The position numbers were made by a program, and so were the translations under genes. A stretch of DNA of 64,000 nucleotides from an uncultured delta proteobacterium. Lineage in GTDB: Bacteria > Desulfobacterota > RBG-13-43-22. Location of the stretch: the NCBI GenBank assembly GCA_963711835.1, contig CAVQFQ010000005.1, positions 128,001 through 192,000 of the forward strand, in the 5' to 3' direction. The notes beneath the pieces were generated by a model that was given only the letters and a program-made list of their open reading frames with translations, searched no databases and was not told the DNA's origin. Below, piece after piece: positions 19,681 to 29,869 of this stretch (position 1 is its first letter; each line of letters opens with the position of its first letter).

Positions 19681-20589
19681 ATGAGGCCCTTGTTCAAAAA
19701 ATCGATCCCCCCGGCGATGCTTCTCAGTATTTTTTTTGTATTTATGCTGCCTGCCGGCGCTTGGGGTAGCACCTGGCCCCTCTTTGCAGAGGTCCAGGGC
19801 GGGGCGTATTGGCATAAAGTGCAAAAAAAAGAATCGCTCTATTCCATAGCCGGCCGTTTCGGATCCCGTTGGGAATACTTGGCCCGCCTCAACAGATTCG
19901 TTCCTCCCTACGGCCTTTCGGTCGGCCAGCAGATCCTGGCTAATAACCGTCACATCCTTCCCAATAACCTTCTGGGCGAGGGGTTGATCTTAAACCTACC
20001 CGGTCATATGCTTTATCTGTTCCAGAACGGCCTGCTGATCAAACGCTATCCGGTGGGGATTGGAAAACCGGATTGGCCCACCCCCAGCGGGACCTTCAGC
20101 GTTATCGGGAAGGTTCGCAACCCCATCTGGACCGTACCGAAATCCATCCAGGAGGAATTTAAACAGGAAGGTAAAGCGGTTCTGGAAAAGGTGCCCCCGG
20201 GTCCGGATAACCCCTTGGGGAAATACTGGCTTCCCCTCTCAGTCGGAGGCTATGGTATTCATGCCACTATCTGGCCTGAAAGTATCGGACACTCGACCTC
20301 CCACGGTTGCATCCGGATGTTGACGGAAGATATCGAAGACTTGTACGAACGTCTGAAGCCCGGGTTGCCGATTAAGATCGTCTATGAACCTCTAAAAATG
20401 GCCGTCACCGCCGATCAAAAAGTTTTCCTGGAAGCCCACCCCAACACCTACCAGAAAAATATTTCCTACTGGACCAAGGCCCAGGAATTAGCCTCCTGGC
20501 ATCAGATCGGCAATCAGATCAATTGGGCCAGGGTCCAGGAAGTCCTCCAGGAAAGAAACGGCATCGCCGAGGAAGTAACCTTGAAATAA
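19681..20589 (+). CDS. LysM plus L,D-transpeptidase (YkuD/ErfK family)
   Basis: Signal peptide, LysM (HKVQKKESLYSIA), YPVGIG, PGPDNPLG, YGIH and SHGCIRM. The annotated upstream extension is MITE A sequence. Confidence 0.92.
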   Translation: MRPLFKKSIPPAMLLSIFFVFMLPAGAWGSTWPLFAEVQGGAYWHKVQKKESLYSIAGRFGSRWEYLARLNRFVPPYGLSVGQQILANNRHILPNNLLGEGLILNLPGHMLYLFQNGLLIKRYPVGIGKPDWPTPSGTFSVIGKVRNPIWTVPKSIQEEFKQEGKAVLEKVPPGPDNPLGKYWLPLSVGGYGIHATIWPESIGHSTSHGCIRMLTEDIEDLYERLKPGLPIKIVYEPLKMAVTADQKVFLEAHPNTYQKNISYWTKAQELASWHQIGNQINWARVQEVLQERNGIAEEVTLK

Positions 20590-20615
20590 AAAGGGGGCCT
20601 TTAAGCCCCCTTTTT
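20588..20615. terminator. Bidirectional intrinsic terminator
   Basis: AAAAAGGGGGC-CTTTAA-GCCCCCTTTTT between convergent genes. Confidence 0.85.
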
Positions 20616-20688
20616 AACAGCCCTAACTAAGGTCTTTCCATCCGGAACGATTCAATTTCCAGATGCAGCCTTCAGCATTAACCGTCAA

Positions 20689-22044
20689 TTACCAGCGGAG
20701 GATGAAATCCATCTGGAATCGTTGTTCCGGGTCTCCATCCGGCATTTCTTTCGACCGGGTGACCCTATCGGTCATGAAGAAAGAACTGCGGAAATCCACA
20801 TTCTTCAGCAAACGGTAGGTAAACATGGCTTTCCAGCCCTGCCGGTTGGCGAAATAGAAGTCGCCGTCGGCAAAGGCCCCCACCACCGCATCCGCCTTAA
20901 TCATGGAGTATTTAAAAAACAGTTCCCAGTCGCCCGGCTTGACCGTTTTGTTGAAGATAAAACCCAGATTATAGGCGGTATCCTCTTTCACGTCCTTAGC
21001 GATGTTTTGGACATATTCTCCAAAGAACCGCAAGGGGCACTTACCGATCCTGAAATCCAGATAGGTGATGGCATCCAACAGCCTATAGTCATACTTGAGG
21101 GTGCCGGCCGGAGTGAGGCTGTTCCCAAACCCTCCCCCGAAAGAGGTGGATCCGATCCTTGAACTTGCCATCCCCCAGTAATCATAAAAACTTCCGGCCA
21201 GGGTCCATTTGACCGGGCCGAAATCGGCTTCGAAACCGGCCTGATACAAATAAAGCATGGCATCGGCTTTGGTGGACTGTTCACTCACGACGAACTGGCC
21301 TAACCCGACAAAAGGCTGAAAGGGCTTAAATTTACCGCCTTGTAGGTTTCATAAAAACCTTCCATGGCCGTGTCGGGATCAAACATGATATCCGTGTGGA
21401 TAAAAGGGGGTTTGAATTTCCCGCCATAGAGAGCCAGCCCAGGCAGCCACTTGGGATTGTATCGGGCATAGGCCAGAAGTTCATAATCGGGATTCTGGGT
21501 CCATTCATGTCCGAAGGTATAATTGGAAACCGTAGTCGTATTGTCGGTCGAACCAGACAGGGGTGAACTGGAACCGATGGAAAAGATGGCATGCAGGTCT
21601 TCACTGACAGTGCCGTCGGCTACGAAGCGCAAGCGGTACCGAAACCGGTTTCGGTCGATGGTGTTTACTTGTTTATAAGCGGATCCTACCTGCTTATATT
21701 CAATCCGGTTAAACAGCCCTTCATAGCGCAGTCTCAGATCCCCGCTTAACCATAAACGCTTGGTCCACTCGGGCAGGGAATCCTTCACCTGATCTTTAAC
21801 CTCTTCTTTTACTGCGGCCCTGATATCCTCTTTCCTGGGAGCGGCCGAAACATCCATCTTTTGTTGAAGTTGCTGTTTTAAGGCCTCGATTTCCTTTTGC
21901 TGGTTCTGGATGGTTTGGCTCAACTGCTCGATCTTATCAAGGATCTCCTTATCAGTGGCCGCAAATCCAGCGGGTGACCAGAGGAGCGTTCCTGCAAAAA
22001 AAAGAATACCCCAGAAAACACCCAAAAATTTTTTTTAAAGTCAT
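20689..22044 (-). CDS. Putative outer-membrane porin, split by two apparent frameshifts (near 22030 and 21300)
   Basis: Signal peptide, coiled coil, LSGDLRLRYE...RFRYRLRF, and C-terminal FQMDFILRW. ATG 22044 follows a GGAG SD but is out of frame across a homopolymer. Confidence 0.78.
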
Positions 22045-22369
22045 CTTTTCTCCTTTCCCTCCTTTTAAGGTGTTGCCTATCCCCGATGTTATCTTCAAAA
22101 TGGGGGGCGCTTTGACCGCGTCCTTATAATGCTTAGTCACCTCCCTTTTTTCCCTGGTAGATTGATTAAGGTTGATTTGCCATAAAATTTCTATTTAACT
22201 TCATCAAGATTTATGCCAATCTCTCCAAAAAGCTATCTTATTGTTTTTACATAAATTTAACTCCCGTGTGACGCATGTTTTTTCTTACTGCTTTGAACAA
22301 TCAGACACAGTGTAACCTATTGAATGACAAGATCGGGTTTGATTGAGAAGGGTGACTTATTTCCTGCTC

Positions 22370-22398
22370 TTGACTTCCACCCCCTGACCGGTTAGACT
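22370..22398 (+). promoter_or_regulatory. Candidate sigma70 promoter for the kor operon
   Basis: TTGACT-17nt-TAGACT, 8 nt before ATG 22407. Confidence 0.55.
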
Positions 22399-22406
22399 TT
22401 TTTACC

Positions 22407-22655
22407 ATGCGCCAAACGTCTGGTTCTGAAGCAGAGAAAAAGCCGCCCCATAAAATGGAAATCTTTAAATCCTGGTGCAAGGGATGCGGCATTTGTACGG
22501 CCTTCTGTCCTAAAGGGGCCCTCAAACGGGACGCCGAGGGAATCCCCTTTCTGGCTGATCCCGAGGCTTGTGTCGGGTGCCGGCTTTGTGAATTGCTTTG
22601 TCCTGATTTCGCCATCTCGGTTAAAGAGCGTGAGAAATATAAAAACGAAACCTAG
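22407..22655 (+). CDS. korD: 2-oxoacid:ferredoxin oxidoreductase delta subunit (2x4Fe-4S ferredoxin)
   Basis: CKGCGICTAFCP and CVGCRLCELLCPDFAI. Confidence 0.9.
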   Translation: MRQTSGSEAEKKPPHKMEIFKSWCKGCGICTAFCPKGALKRDAEGIPFLADPEACVGCRLCELLCPDFAISVKEREKYKNET

Positions 22656-23775
22656 CCGGGTCTTTTGGCAGGGAAACGAGGCCATTGTCGCCGGGGCCCT
22701 GGCTGCCGGGTGTCGTTTTTATGCCGGCTACCCGATTACCCCGGCCACCGAAATCATGGAGATCATGGCCCAGAAGATGCCGGCCCTGGGGGGTGCTTTT
22801 ATCCAGATGGAGGATGAAATCGCCAGCCTCGGGTCGGTCATCGGGGCCTCCCTGGCCGGCTTGAAGGCCATGACGGCCACCAGCGGTCCGGGATTTTCCC
22901 TGATGCAGGAGAACCTGGGTTTTGCCTGCGTAGCCGAGGTGCCCTGCGTGATAGTTAATGTCATGCGCGGCGGTCCCAGCACCGGTCTTCCCACCAGTCC
23001 GGCCCAGGGAGATGTCCTCCAGGCCCGCTGGGGCACCCACGGGGACCACCCGATGATCGTTCTTTCCGTTTCCACCACCCGGGACTGTTTTTTTGTCACC
23101 GTTCAGGCCTTTAACCTGGCCGAAAAATACCGTACCCCGGTCATCCTTCTTTCTGATGAAGTGGTTTCCCATACCCGCGAGGTCCTGTTGCAGCCCTCTC
23201 CCGGAGAGGTCCACCTGGTAGACCGGATCCGCCCGACTATGCCTCCGGAATGGTTTGTGCCTTTTGAGACCCAGGGAAGGCTGGTGCCGGCCATGAGCGC
23301 TTTTGGAGATGGATACCGCTATCATGTTACCGGGCTGGTTCATGATGTCCGCGGCTTCCCAACCAATCGTCCCGAGGAAGTAGCCGCTTTCCAAACCCGT
23401 CTCCAACAAAAAATCAGTGAAAATTTTACCGATATTCAGTGGGTGGAAACCACCCAGGTTGAAGACGCGGACCAGGTGGTGATTGCTTATGGGGCTGTGG
23501 CCCGTTCGGCCCTCCATGCCGTTCGTCAAGCCCGGGAAATGGGCCTTAAGGCCGGACTGCTGAAATTAATCACCCTCTTTCCTTTTCCCCGGGCCGCCGT
23601 AGAAGAGGTGGCCCTGACAGCCAAAACTCTCCTGGTCCCGGAAATGAACTGGGGGCAGATCTCCCGAGAGGTTAAAAGGGTCAACCGGGGCCGGAGCCGG
23701 GTCAGCACCTTAAATAAATTCGACGGCACCCTGATCACCCCCCGGGAAATACTGAAAATGTTGACGCAGCAATAA
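22630..23775 (+). CDS. korA: 2-oxoacid:ferredoxin oxidoreductase alpha subunit
   Basis: GNEA, YAGYPITP, QMEDE, TATSGPG and RGGPSTG. GTG start at 22630. Confidence 0.93.
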   Translation: MRNIKTKPSRVFWQGNEAIVAGALAAGCRFYAGYPITPATEIMEIMAQKMPALGGAFIQMEDEIASLGSVIGASLAGLKAMTATSGPGFSLMQENLGFACVAEVPCVIVNVMRGGPSTGLPTSPAQGDVLQARWGTHGDHPMIVLSVSTTRDCFFVTVQAFNLAEKYRTPVILLSDEVVSHTREVLLQPSPGEVHLVDRIRPTMPPEWFVPFETQGRLVPAMSAFGDGYRYHVTGLVHDVRGFPTNRPEEVAAFQTRLQQKISENFTDIQWVETTQVEDADQVVIAYGAVARSALHAVRQAREMGLKAGLLKLITLFPFPRAAVEEVALTAKTLLVPEMNWGQISREVKRVNRGRSRVSTLNKFDGTLITPREILKMLTQQ

Positions 23776-23779
23776 GTCC

Positions 23780-24655
23780 ATGAAAGACATTACCAAACTC
23801 ATCCACCAGTATCTCCGCCATGATAAAAAATTCCCCCATCTCTGGTGCCCGGGATGCGGCAACGGGATCGTCCTGGGGGCCTTGATTCGGGCCATTGATT
23901 CCCTGGAATACGGCAAGGACGAGATCGTCTTGGTTTCGGGGATCGGTTGTTCGGGGCGGATGAGTGTTTATGCCGATTTCAATACCCTCCATACCACCCA
24001 CGGACGGGCCTTGACCTTCGCCACCGGCATCAAACTGGCCAAACCGGAATTGAAAGTCATTGTCATTATGGGAGATGGGGACGCCCTGGCCATCGGCGGC
24101 AATCATTTTATCCACGCGGCCCGGCGCAATATCAACCTGACCGCCCTGATCATCAACAACAGTATCTACGGTATGACCGGCGGGCAGCATTCCCCGGCCA
24201 CCCCCTACGGGAAGATAGCCACCACCACGGCCCTCCATAATATCGAGCCGGCTTTTAATATTTCCGAACTGGCCGTCACGGCCGGGGCCTCTTTTGTAGC
24301 CCGAGGGACGGCTTTCCATGCCCAGCAACTTTATCAACTGATCGCCAAGGCCCTCCGAAAAAACGGCTTTTCTTTGGTGGAAATTATTACCCACTGTCCC
24401 ACCTTTTACGGCCGCCGGAATCAATTGGGCTCGGCCGTAAAAATGATGGAATGGCAGCGGGATCAGGCCCTGCCGGTAGAAAAGGCCTCCCAACTGACTC
24501 CCGAAGAAAGGGAAGGGAAATTTACCATCGGGGTCTTGATGGACAAGGAATTACCGGCCTTTCTGGATGAATACCGGAAGGTCCAAGAGCATGCCCGGAC
24601 CCTGCAGGAAGCGGATCTGCGCAAGGCCAAAGGAGACCATGGTCCCACGCTATGA
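23780..24655 (+). CDS. korB: 2-oxoacid:ferredoxin oxidoreductase beta subunit
   Basis: WCPGCG, SGIGCS, HTTHGR, GDGD..AIGGNH and NNSIYGMTGGQ. Confidence 0.94.
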   Translation: MKDITKLIHQYLRHDKKFPHLWCPGCGNGIVLGALIRAIDSLEYGKDEIVLVSGIGCSGRMSVYADFNTLHTTHGRALTFATGIKLAKPELKVIVIMGDGDALAIGGNHFIHAARRNINLTALIINNSIYGMTGGQHSPATPYGKIATTTALHNIEPAFNISELAVTAGASFVARGTAFHAQQLYQLIAKALRKNGFSLVEIITHCPTFYGRRNQLGSAVKMMEWQRDQALPVEKASQLTPEEREGKFTIGVLMDKELPAFLDEYRKVQEHARTLQEADLRKAKGDHGPTL

Positions 24656-25208
24656 AATTCGCCTGAGCGGTTCCGGAGGACAGGGATTAATCCTGGCCGG
24701 ATTAATCCTGGCTGAGGCTGTTGCCCTCTGGGAAAACCGCTATGTGGTCCAGTCCCAGAGCTACGGTCCGGAAGCCCGGGGTACGGCCTGCCGATCCGAT
24801 GTCATCATCAGTGATGAGGAAATTGATTTTCCCAAGGCCCTCCATCTGGATGTTTTGCTGGCCATGAATCAGAAAGCCCTGGATAGTAATTTTCTGGATC
24901 TTAAGGAAAAGGGATTGTTGATTATCGATGCGGACCTGGTTAAGGATCTGCCAACCACCCAGGCGGTTTCCCTGCCCCTGACCGGTCTGGCTCAGGAGGT
25001 CGCCCAAAGCCCCCTTTCGGCCAACATGGTTGCCCTGGGGGCCCTGGCCGTTTTAACCCGGCAGGTCTCCCTGCCTGCGCTTCAGAAAACGATGGCGGTC
25101 CATTTTAAAAAGGAAGGGTTGGAAAAAAACAGCCAGGCCCTTAAGGCCGGGGCCCGCCGCGCCCGGCGTTGGCTTTCGGAAAATTCCGCGAGGTCGGACG
25201 GAGCTTAA
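24639..25208 (+). CDS. korC: 2-oxoacid:ferredoxin oxidoreductase gamma subunit
   Basis: GSGGQG, QSYGPEARG and ANMVALGAL. ATG 24639 follows AGGAG. Confidence 0.93.
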   Translation: MVPRYEIRLSGSGGQGLILAGLILAEAVALWENRYVVQSQSYGPEARGTACRSDVIISDEEIDFPKALHLDVLLAMNQKALDSNFLDLKEKGLLIIDADLVKDLPTTQAVSLPLTGLAQEVAQSPLSANMVALGALAVLTRQVSLPALQKTMAVHFKKEGLEKNSQALKAGARRARRWLSENSARSDGA

Positions 25209-25896
25209 AAATAGGCTTACGGGTGATTTCGACCAAGTTAGCAGCGATCTCCACGGCCCGGCCTTCGGGGATACCGATTAAGAATTCATTTTTCCCCAAG
25301 AGGGAGAAGGTCCTGTCCCCTACCCCGTTGAGCGTCAGGTTGATTTTGCGCTGCAGATAAGGGTAGGCGATGCCATGACCGCAAATGCACTGATAGCCTG
25401 TCCCCAGGGACAAGAGATCCCGTTCACCGGACCGGTATTGGTTGGCGGTGAACAGCCACCGGGTCTGGTCCGCATCGCATTTGAAAAGGATCACATCAAC
25501 ACCCATAACGGCTTTTTCCAACGGACTCAGGGCAACGGCTCTGGTCTGAGCGGCCGGCAATTGAAAGCCGTTGGAAAAATAGCTCCGGGCCGCCTCCCGG
25601 CTTTCAAAAACCCCCATCTGAACCGGTTGCCGGTAGGTTAAGGGCAACGCCGATTCTCCCTTAAATCCTAAGGCGGTTAAGCCCATGACACACGACAGGT
25701 CTGCCCGGGTGCAGTAAACACCCTTCCCCTTAAAGGCCTCCATTACGGCAAAACAGATACCGGGCAGAGGGGCCTCCGGCCTCTTGAAAAGAACCGGCGT
25801 CTCTTCATTCTTTTTAATAATCTTAACAGCCACCGGGTCGGACTTGAGTTTGAGAATCCGACGGTACGTTCGAGCCAACTCCTGAAGGTTTTCCAT
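25141..25896 (-). CDS. DUF169-like protein
   Basis: LKLKSDPVAVK, Cys-containing motifs (LSCVMG, YQCIC), GDR and EFLIGIP. Confidence 0.7.
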   Translation of the reverse strand: MENLQELARTYRRILKLKSDPVAVKIIKKNEETPVLFKRPEAPLPGICFAVMEAFKGKGVYCTRADLSCVMGLTALGFKGESALPLTYRQPVQMGVFESREAARSYFSNGFQLPAAQTRAVALSPLEKAVMGVDVILFKCDADQTRWLFTANQYRSGERDLLSLGTGYQCICGHGIAYPYLQRKINLTLNGVGDRTFSLLGKNEFLIGIPEGRAVEIAANLVEITRKPIFKLRPTSRNFPKANAGRGGPRP

Positions 25897-25943
25897 AGGG
25901 CTCGTTCCTTTTGTTAGAGGCGAGAATGAATCGGAACAACCGA

Positions 25944-26267
25944 TTATAAAAGCGGTTTAACGGCCTTTTTTTTGCGATCGCCGAGCGGGATGACCTTTCC
26001 CGGCCCGGCCGAAGGTTGGGGTCCGGATTCTTCCGCCGGCGTTTCCACCCGGACGATTCTAACGGGTTTGCCCCCCATGGTGAACTCTTCTCCCTGAATA
26101 TATTCCGGCAGAAGAATCCATTCCCCTACCGATAGCGGGACTTGCAGGATTAAAAATTTCATTCGAACCCAGCCGCGTTTAATGTCCGGAAAGATATCCT
26201 CGATTCGGGCAAAAAAGGCCGGCTGGTTTTCCAGGTAAATCAGGATAAGATCGTTGATCCCGGTCAT
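25944..26267 (-). CDS. Conserved hypothetical protein
   Basis: DLILIY..FFARIEDI.PDIKRGW..LQVP..WIL..YIQGEEFTMGG. Resembles a Desulfobacterota family found next to coaD (from memory). Confidence 0.8.
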   Translation of the reverse strand: MTGINDLILIYLENQPAFFARIEDIFPDIKRGWVRMKFLILQVPLSVGEWILLPEYIQGEEFTMGGKPVRIVRVETPAEESGPQPSAGPGKVIPLGDRKKKAVKPLL

Positions 26268-26342
26268 GTTAGCGGTGCCCCACCTGAAAAGCAGCGCTTT
26301 TTATCATGAAGCTTTTCCTCACCGTTGGCCACCTCTAAGAGG

Positions 26343-26915
26343 CTAACTCCAGATCTCCTTGTTGGCCAGAGAACGGTTGATGCTTTTGGGTGGGTTCTGA
26401 CCTTTGTTGTTGGTCACCAAAGGCAGTTTAGTTTGAAAACCAAATTTTACTTTCAGGAGTTGATTGACCAATTCCGGGACTAGACCGTCCACATTCCCCC
26501 CCAGGGAGGCCGCTTCTTTGATGATCGTAGAACTGATATAAAACCATTTATAATCCGTCATCATAAAAATAGTCTGGACTTTCCTGTTCAGCTTTCGGTT
26601 CATCAGGGCCATTTGGAATTCATACTCGAAATCCGACAGGGCCCGGAGTCCCCTGAGGACGATATTAGTCTCCTGCCTTTCCACATAGTCCACCAGGAGG
26701 CCTTGAAAATGATCGATTTGTACCCGGGGGTAATCTTTCAAAACCGTCTTTAACATGTCCAGCCGTTCATCCAGGGTGAATAAAGGCTTTTTCTCGGGGT
26801 TGACGGCGATAGCTACCACTATTTTATCGAAAATCTGAAGACTCCGACGGAGCAGGCTCAGATGGCCGTTGGTGATAGGGTCAAAAGATCCCGGATAGAT
26901 GGCTAGGCGACTCAT
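26343..26915 (-). CDS. coaD: Phosphopantetheine adenylyltransferase
   Basis: YPGSFDPITNGH, RGLRALSDFEYE and ISSTIIKE. Confidence 0.96.
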   Translation of the reverse strand: MSRLAIYPGSFDPITNGHLSLLRRSLQIFDKIVVAIAVNPEKKPLFTLDERLDMLKTVLKDYPRVQIDHFQGLLVDYVERQETNIVLRGLRALSDFEYEFQMALMNRKLNRKVQTIFMMTDYKWFYISSTIIKEAASLGGNVDGLVPELVNQLLKVKFGFQTKLPLVTNNKGQNPPKSINRSLANKEIWS

Positions 26916-26921
26916 ACCGTT

Positions 26922-27479
26922 TCACCTTTCACTGCGTTGATAAAATGAAATGCAAGTCCGGCCGTAAGCACGTTGTTCCGACAAACCCCAACCGGTAACG
27001 CTTTCCGGGACGGATTCTCCGGCTTCATGTTCCAAGACCAATAGCCCCTGTTCGGAAACAAGGCCTTTCAGCAAGACAGCGGGGACCATCTTCTGCCCCC
27101 ATCCCCGCCCGTAGGGAGGATCCATAAAAAGGAGGTCAAAGGGGTCTCCGGCCTGGGCCAAAAAACCCACTCCCCGTCTCAAGTCCCGCTGAATCACCCG
27201 GGTCCTGGCTTCCAGATTCAAATGCCGGATATTTTTTCGGATCAAATCGACGGCCGGCTTGGAGGAGTCCACAAAAACCGCTGCGGCCGGCCAGCGGCTC
27301 AAGGCCTCCAATCCCAGGGCGCCGCTGCCGGCGAATAAATCGGCCACTTTTAAAAAAGGACCGCGGAGCTCTAATATACTAAACAGGGCCTCCCGAATCC
27401 GGTCCTGAGTGGGTCGAATACTTTGACCGGGAAGCGCGGCCAGGTGAAATCCTTTATGAGAACCGGCGATAATACGCAA
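26922..27479 (-). CDS. rsmD: 16S rRNA (guanine966-N2) methyltransferase
   Basis: MRIIAG, RPT.DRIREALF, DLFAGSGALGLEALSR and DPPY. Confidence 0.94.
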   Translation of the reverse strand: MRIIAGSHKGFHLAALPGQSIRPTQDRIREALFSILELRGPFLKVADLFAGSGALGLEALSRWPAAAVFVDSSKPAVDLIRKNIRHLNLEARTRVIQRDLRRGVGFLAQAGDPFDLLFMDPPYGRGWGQKMVPAVLLKGLVSEQGLLVLEHEAGESVPESVTGWGLSEQRAYGRTCISFYQRSER

Positions 27480-27481
27480 CT

Positions 27482-27590
27482 ATTATAAACTCCCTGCCCG
27501 GGTTCGGGCTGCCGGCGTTTTGGCGGACAATCCTTGAAATCAAGACCCCTGAAGCCCTTTGGGAAGATTTAATATCTTAAGAGACACCCT
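27482..27590. repeat. Fragment of the C+B composite (part of the B core, one B arm, part of the C left arm)
   Basis: The reverse complement aligns with 50387-50495. Confidence 0.9.
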
Positions 27591-27612
27591 CCTGACTCCT
27601 GTCTTCCGGTGT

Positions 27613-28620
27613 TTATTGCCGAGCCCAGAGCTCGGCGATCTGGACGGCGTTGGTCGCCGCTCCCTTGCGGATATTGTCGGATACAATCCAGAGGACGATC
27701 CCTTTATCCGTGGAAATATCCTCCCGGATCCGGCCGACGAATACCTCGTCCCGGCCTTCCGCCCTGATCGGCATCGGGTATTTTTTGGCGGCCGCATCAT
27801 CCACTACGATCACACCCGGCGCAGTTTTGAGCAGATCCCGTACTTCCTGGGGATAAAGTTTCTTTTCGGTTTCTATATTTACGGCCTCGGAATGGCCGTA
27901 AAAAACCGGCACCCGTACGGTGGTGGCGGCTACCTGAATGGACTCATCCTCCAGGATCTTTCGGGTCTCGTTGACCATCTTCATCTCTTCCTTGGTATAA
28001 TCGTTTTCCAGGAAAACATCAATATGCGGCAGGACATTATAAGCGATCTGATAGGGGTAAACCGTGCTTTCCGGGGTTTTCCCCTCCGAAAGGGCCTGAA
28101 TCTGGTTTCGTAATTCAACAACCGCTTTTTGCCCGGTGCCGGAAACGGCTTGATAGGTGGACACGATTATCCTTTTGATCCGGGCCCGGTCATGGATGGG
28201 TTTAAGGGCCACCACCATCTGGATCGTCGAGCAATTCGGATTGGCGATAATCCCCGGACCCTTCAAAATCCGCTGGGGATTGCACTCCGGAACCACCAGG
28301 GGGATCTCGGGATCCATGCGAAAGGCGCTGGAATTGTCAATCACCACGCTGCCGGCCCGGGCCGCCAGCGGTGCGAATTTCAGACTGGTTGAAGCCCCGG
28401 CTGAAAACAAGGCGATCTCGATGCCTTGAAAAGAATCTTCCTTCAACTCTTCCACCGGAATCTCCCGGCCTTTAAAGGGCAGGGTCTTGCCCAGCGAACG
28501 GGCCGAAGCCAACAATTTCAGGTTTTTGACGGGAAAATTCCTCTCTTCCAAACAGCGAATCATCTGATTCCCCACTGCGCCGGTTGCCCCGGCGACAGCC
28601 ACATGCCATAATTTGCTCAT
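27613..28620 (-). CDS. asd: Aspartate-semialdehyde dehydrogenase
   Basis: GATGAVG, DNSSAFRM, ANPNCST, YQAVSG and DNIRKGAA. Confidence 0.97.
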   Translation of the reverse strand: MSKLWHVAVAGATGAVGNQMIRCLEERNFPVKNLKLLASARSLGKTLPFKGREIPVEELKEDSFQGIEIALFSAGASTSLKFAPLAARAGSVVIDNSSAFRMDPEIPLVVPECNPQRILKGPGIIANPNCSTIQMVVALKPIHDRARIKRIIVSTYQAVSGTGQKAVVELRNQIQALSEGKTPESTVYPYQIAYNVLPHIDVFLENDYTKEEMKMVNETRKILEDESIQVAATTVRVPVFYGHSEAVNIETEKKLYPQEVRDLLKTAPGVIVVDDAAAKKYPMPIRAEGRDEVFVGRIREDISTDKGIVLWIVSDNIRKGAATNAVQIAELWARQ

Positions 28621-28679
28621 GGGAATTCGTTCTCCTTCTCGACTTGTGACTGGAAAATACTACTTCTCAGTACCCTAAA

Positions 28680-28763
28680 TTCGAAATACGAAACCCGAAA
28701 TCCGAAACAAGCACAAAATTCAAAAATAGTAATGATCAAAACAAGCTTGTTTCGAATTTCGAA
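28680..28763. repeat. Heptamer (NNCGAAA) tandem repeat with an inverted partner
   Basis: TTCGAAA TACGAAA CCCGAAA TCCGAAA CAA ... TTGTTTCGAATTTCGAA. Confidence 0.8.
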
Positions 28764-28797
28764 ATTGAAAACAAAAAATCAACTATTTTGTCAGGGC

Positions 28798-29868
28798 CTA
28801 CAAATACGAAACGACCAAATCCCCCACCTCCCGGGTGGTGAAGCCCATTTTACCGGCCGTCAGATCTCGGACATCCTTCTGAACAACCGATCGGACCGCC
28901 TGGTCCACTTTATGGGCGGCCTTCTCCAAACCCAAATGGGCCAGCATCATCTGAGCCGCCATGACGGCCGCCAGGGGATTGATCTGGTTCAAGCCCGTAT
29001 ACTTCGGGGCCGAGCCGCCGATGGGCTCGAACATGGATACCCCGTGAGGGTTGATATTGCCGCCGGCGGCGATACCCATGCCTCCCTGGATCATGGCCCC
29101 CAGGTCTGTAATGATATCTCCGAACAAGTTATCGGTGACGATGACATCAAACCATTCGGGGTTTTTGACCATCCACATGGAAACCGCATCCACGTGGGCA
29201 TAATCGGTCTTCACCTCGGGATAATCGGTTGAAATTTCCCTGAAGACCCGCTCCCAAAGATCAGAGGCAAAGGTCAGAACATTGGTTTTGCCGCAGAGCG
29301 TCAGCTTTTTTCTCCGGTTTCGTTTCCGGCAAAACTCAAAGGCATAACGCAGGCAGCGTTCAACCCCTTTCCGGGTGTTGATGGATTCCTGAATGGCCAC
29401 TTCATCGGGAGTACCTTTTTTCAAAAATCCCCCGGCTCCGGCATAAAGTCCTTCGGTATTCTCCCGGACCACCACAAAGTCAATATCCGCCGGCCCTTTA
29501 TCCTTCAGCGGGGTTTGGACTCCCGGGAAAAGGACTACCGGTCTTAAATTGATATACTGATCCAACTCGCGGCGGAGCTTCAACAAAAGCCCTTGCTCCA
29601 GAATGCCGGGCTTTACCTCCGGGTGGCCGATGGCCCCCAGATAAATGGCATCGGCCTGTCTTAACTCGTCCAGAACTGAGGGCAGCAGGATCTCGCCGGT
29701 CTTCAGGTAACGATCCCCCCCCAAATCATAAGGCCTGAAATCAAAGGATATCTTTTCCCTGAGGGCAACTTCCCGCAGGACCTTCAAACCCTCGGCGACC
29801 ACTTCCGGGCCGGTTCCATCTCCCGGGAGGACTGCGATTTTATATTCATTTTTCAAGCTGCTGGCCAA
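28798..29868 (-). CDS. leuB: 3-isopropylmalate dehydrogenase
   Basis: [24 protein letters not shown] and FEPIGGSAP. Lies in the leu operon. Confidence 0.94.
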   Translation of the reverse strand: MASSLKNEYKIAVLPGDGTGPEVVAEGLKVLREVALREKISFDFRPYDLGGDRYLKTGEILLPSVLDELRQADAIYLGAIGHPEVKPGILEQGLLLKLRRELDQYINLRPVVLFPGVQTPLKDKGPADIDFVVVRENTEGLYAGAGGFLKKGTPDEVAIQESINTRKGVERCLRYAFEFCRKRNRRKKLTLCGKTNVLTFASDLWERVFREISTDYPEVKTDYAHVDAVSMWMVKNPEWFDVIVTDNLFGDIITDLGAMIQGGMGIAAGGNINPHGVSMFEPIGGSAPKYTGLNQINPLAAVMAAQMMLAHLGLEKAAHKVDQAVRSVVQKDVRDLTAGKMGFTTREVGDLVVSYL

Positions 29869-29869
29869 G

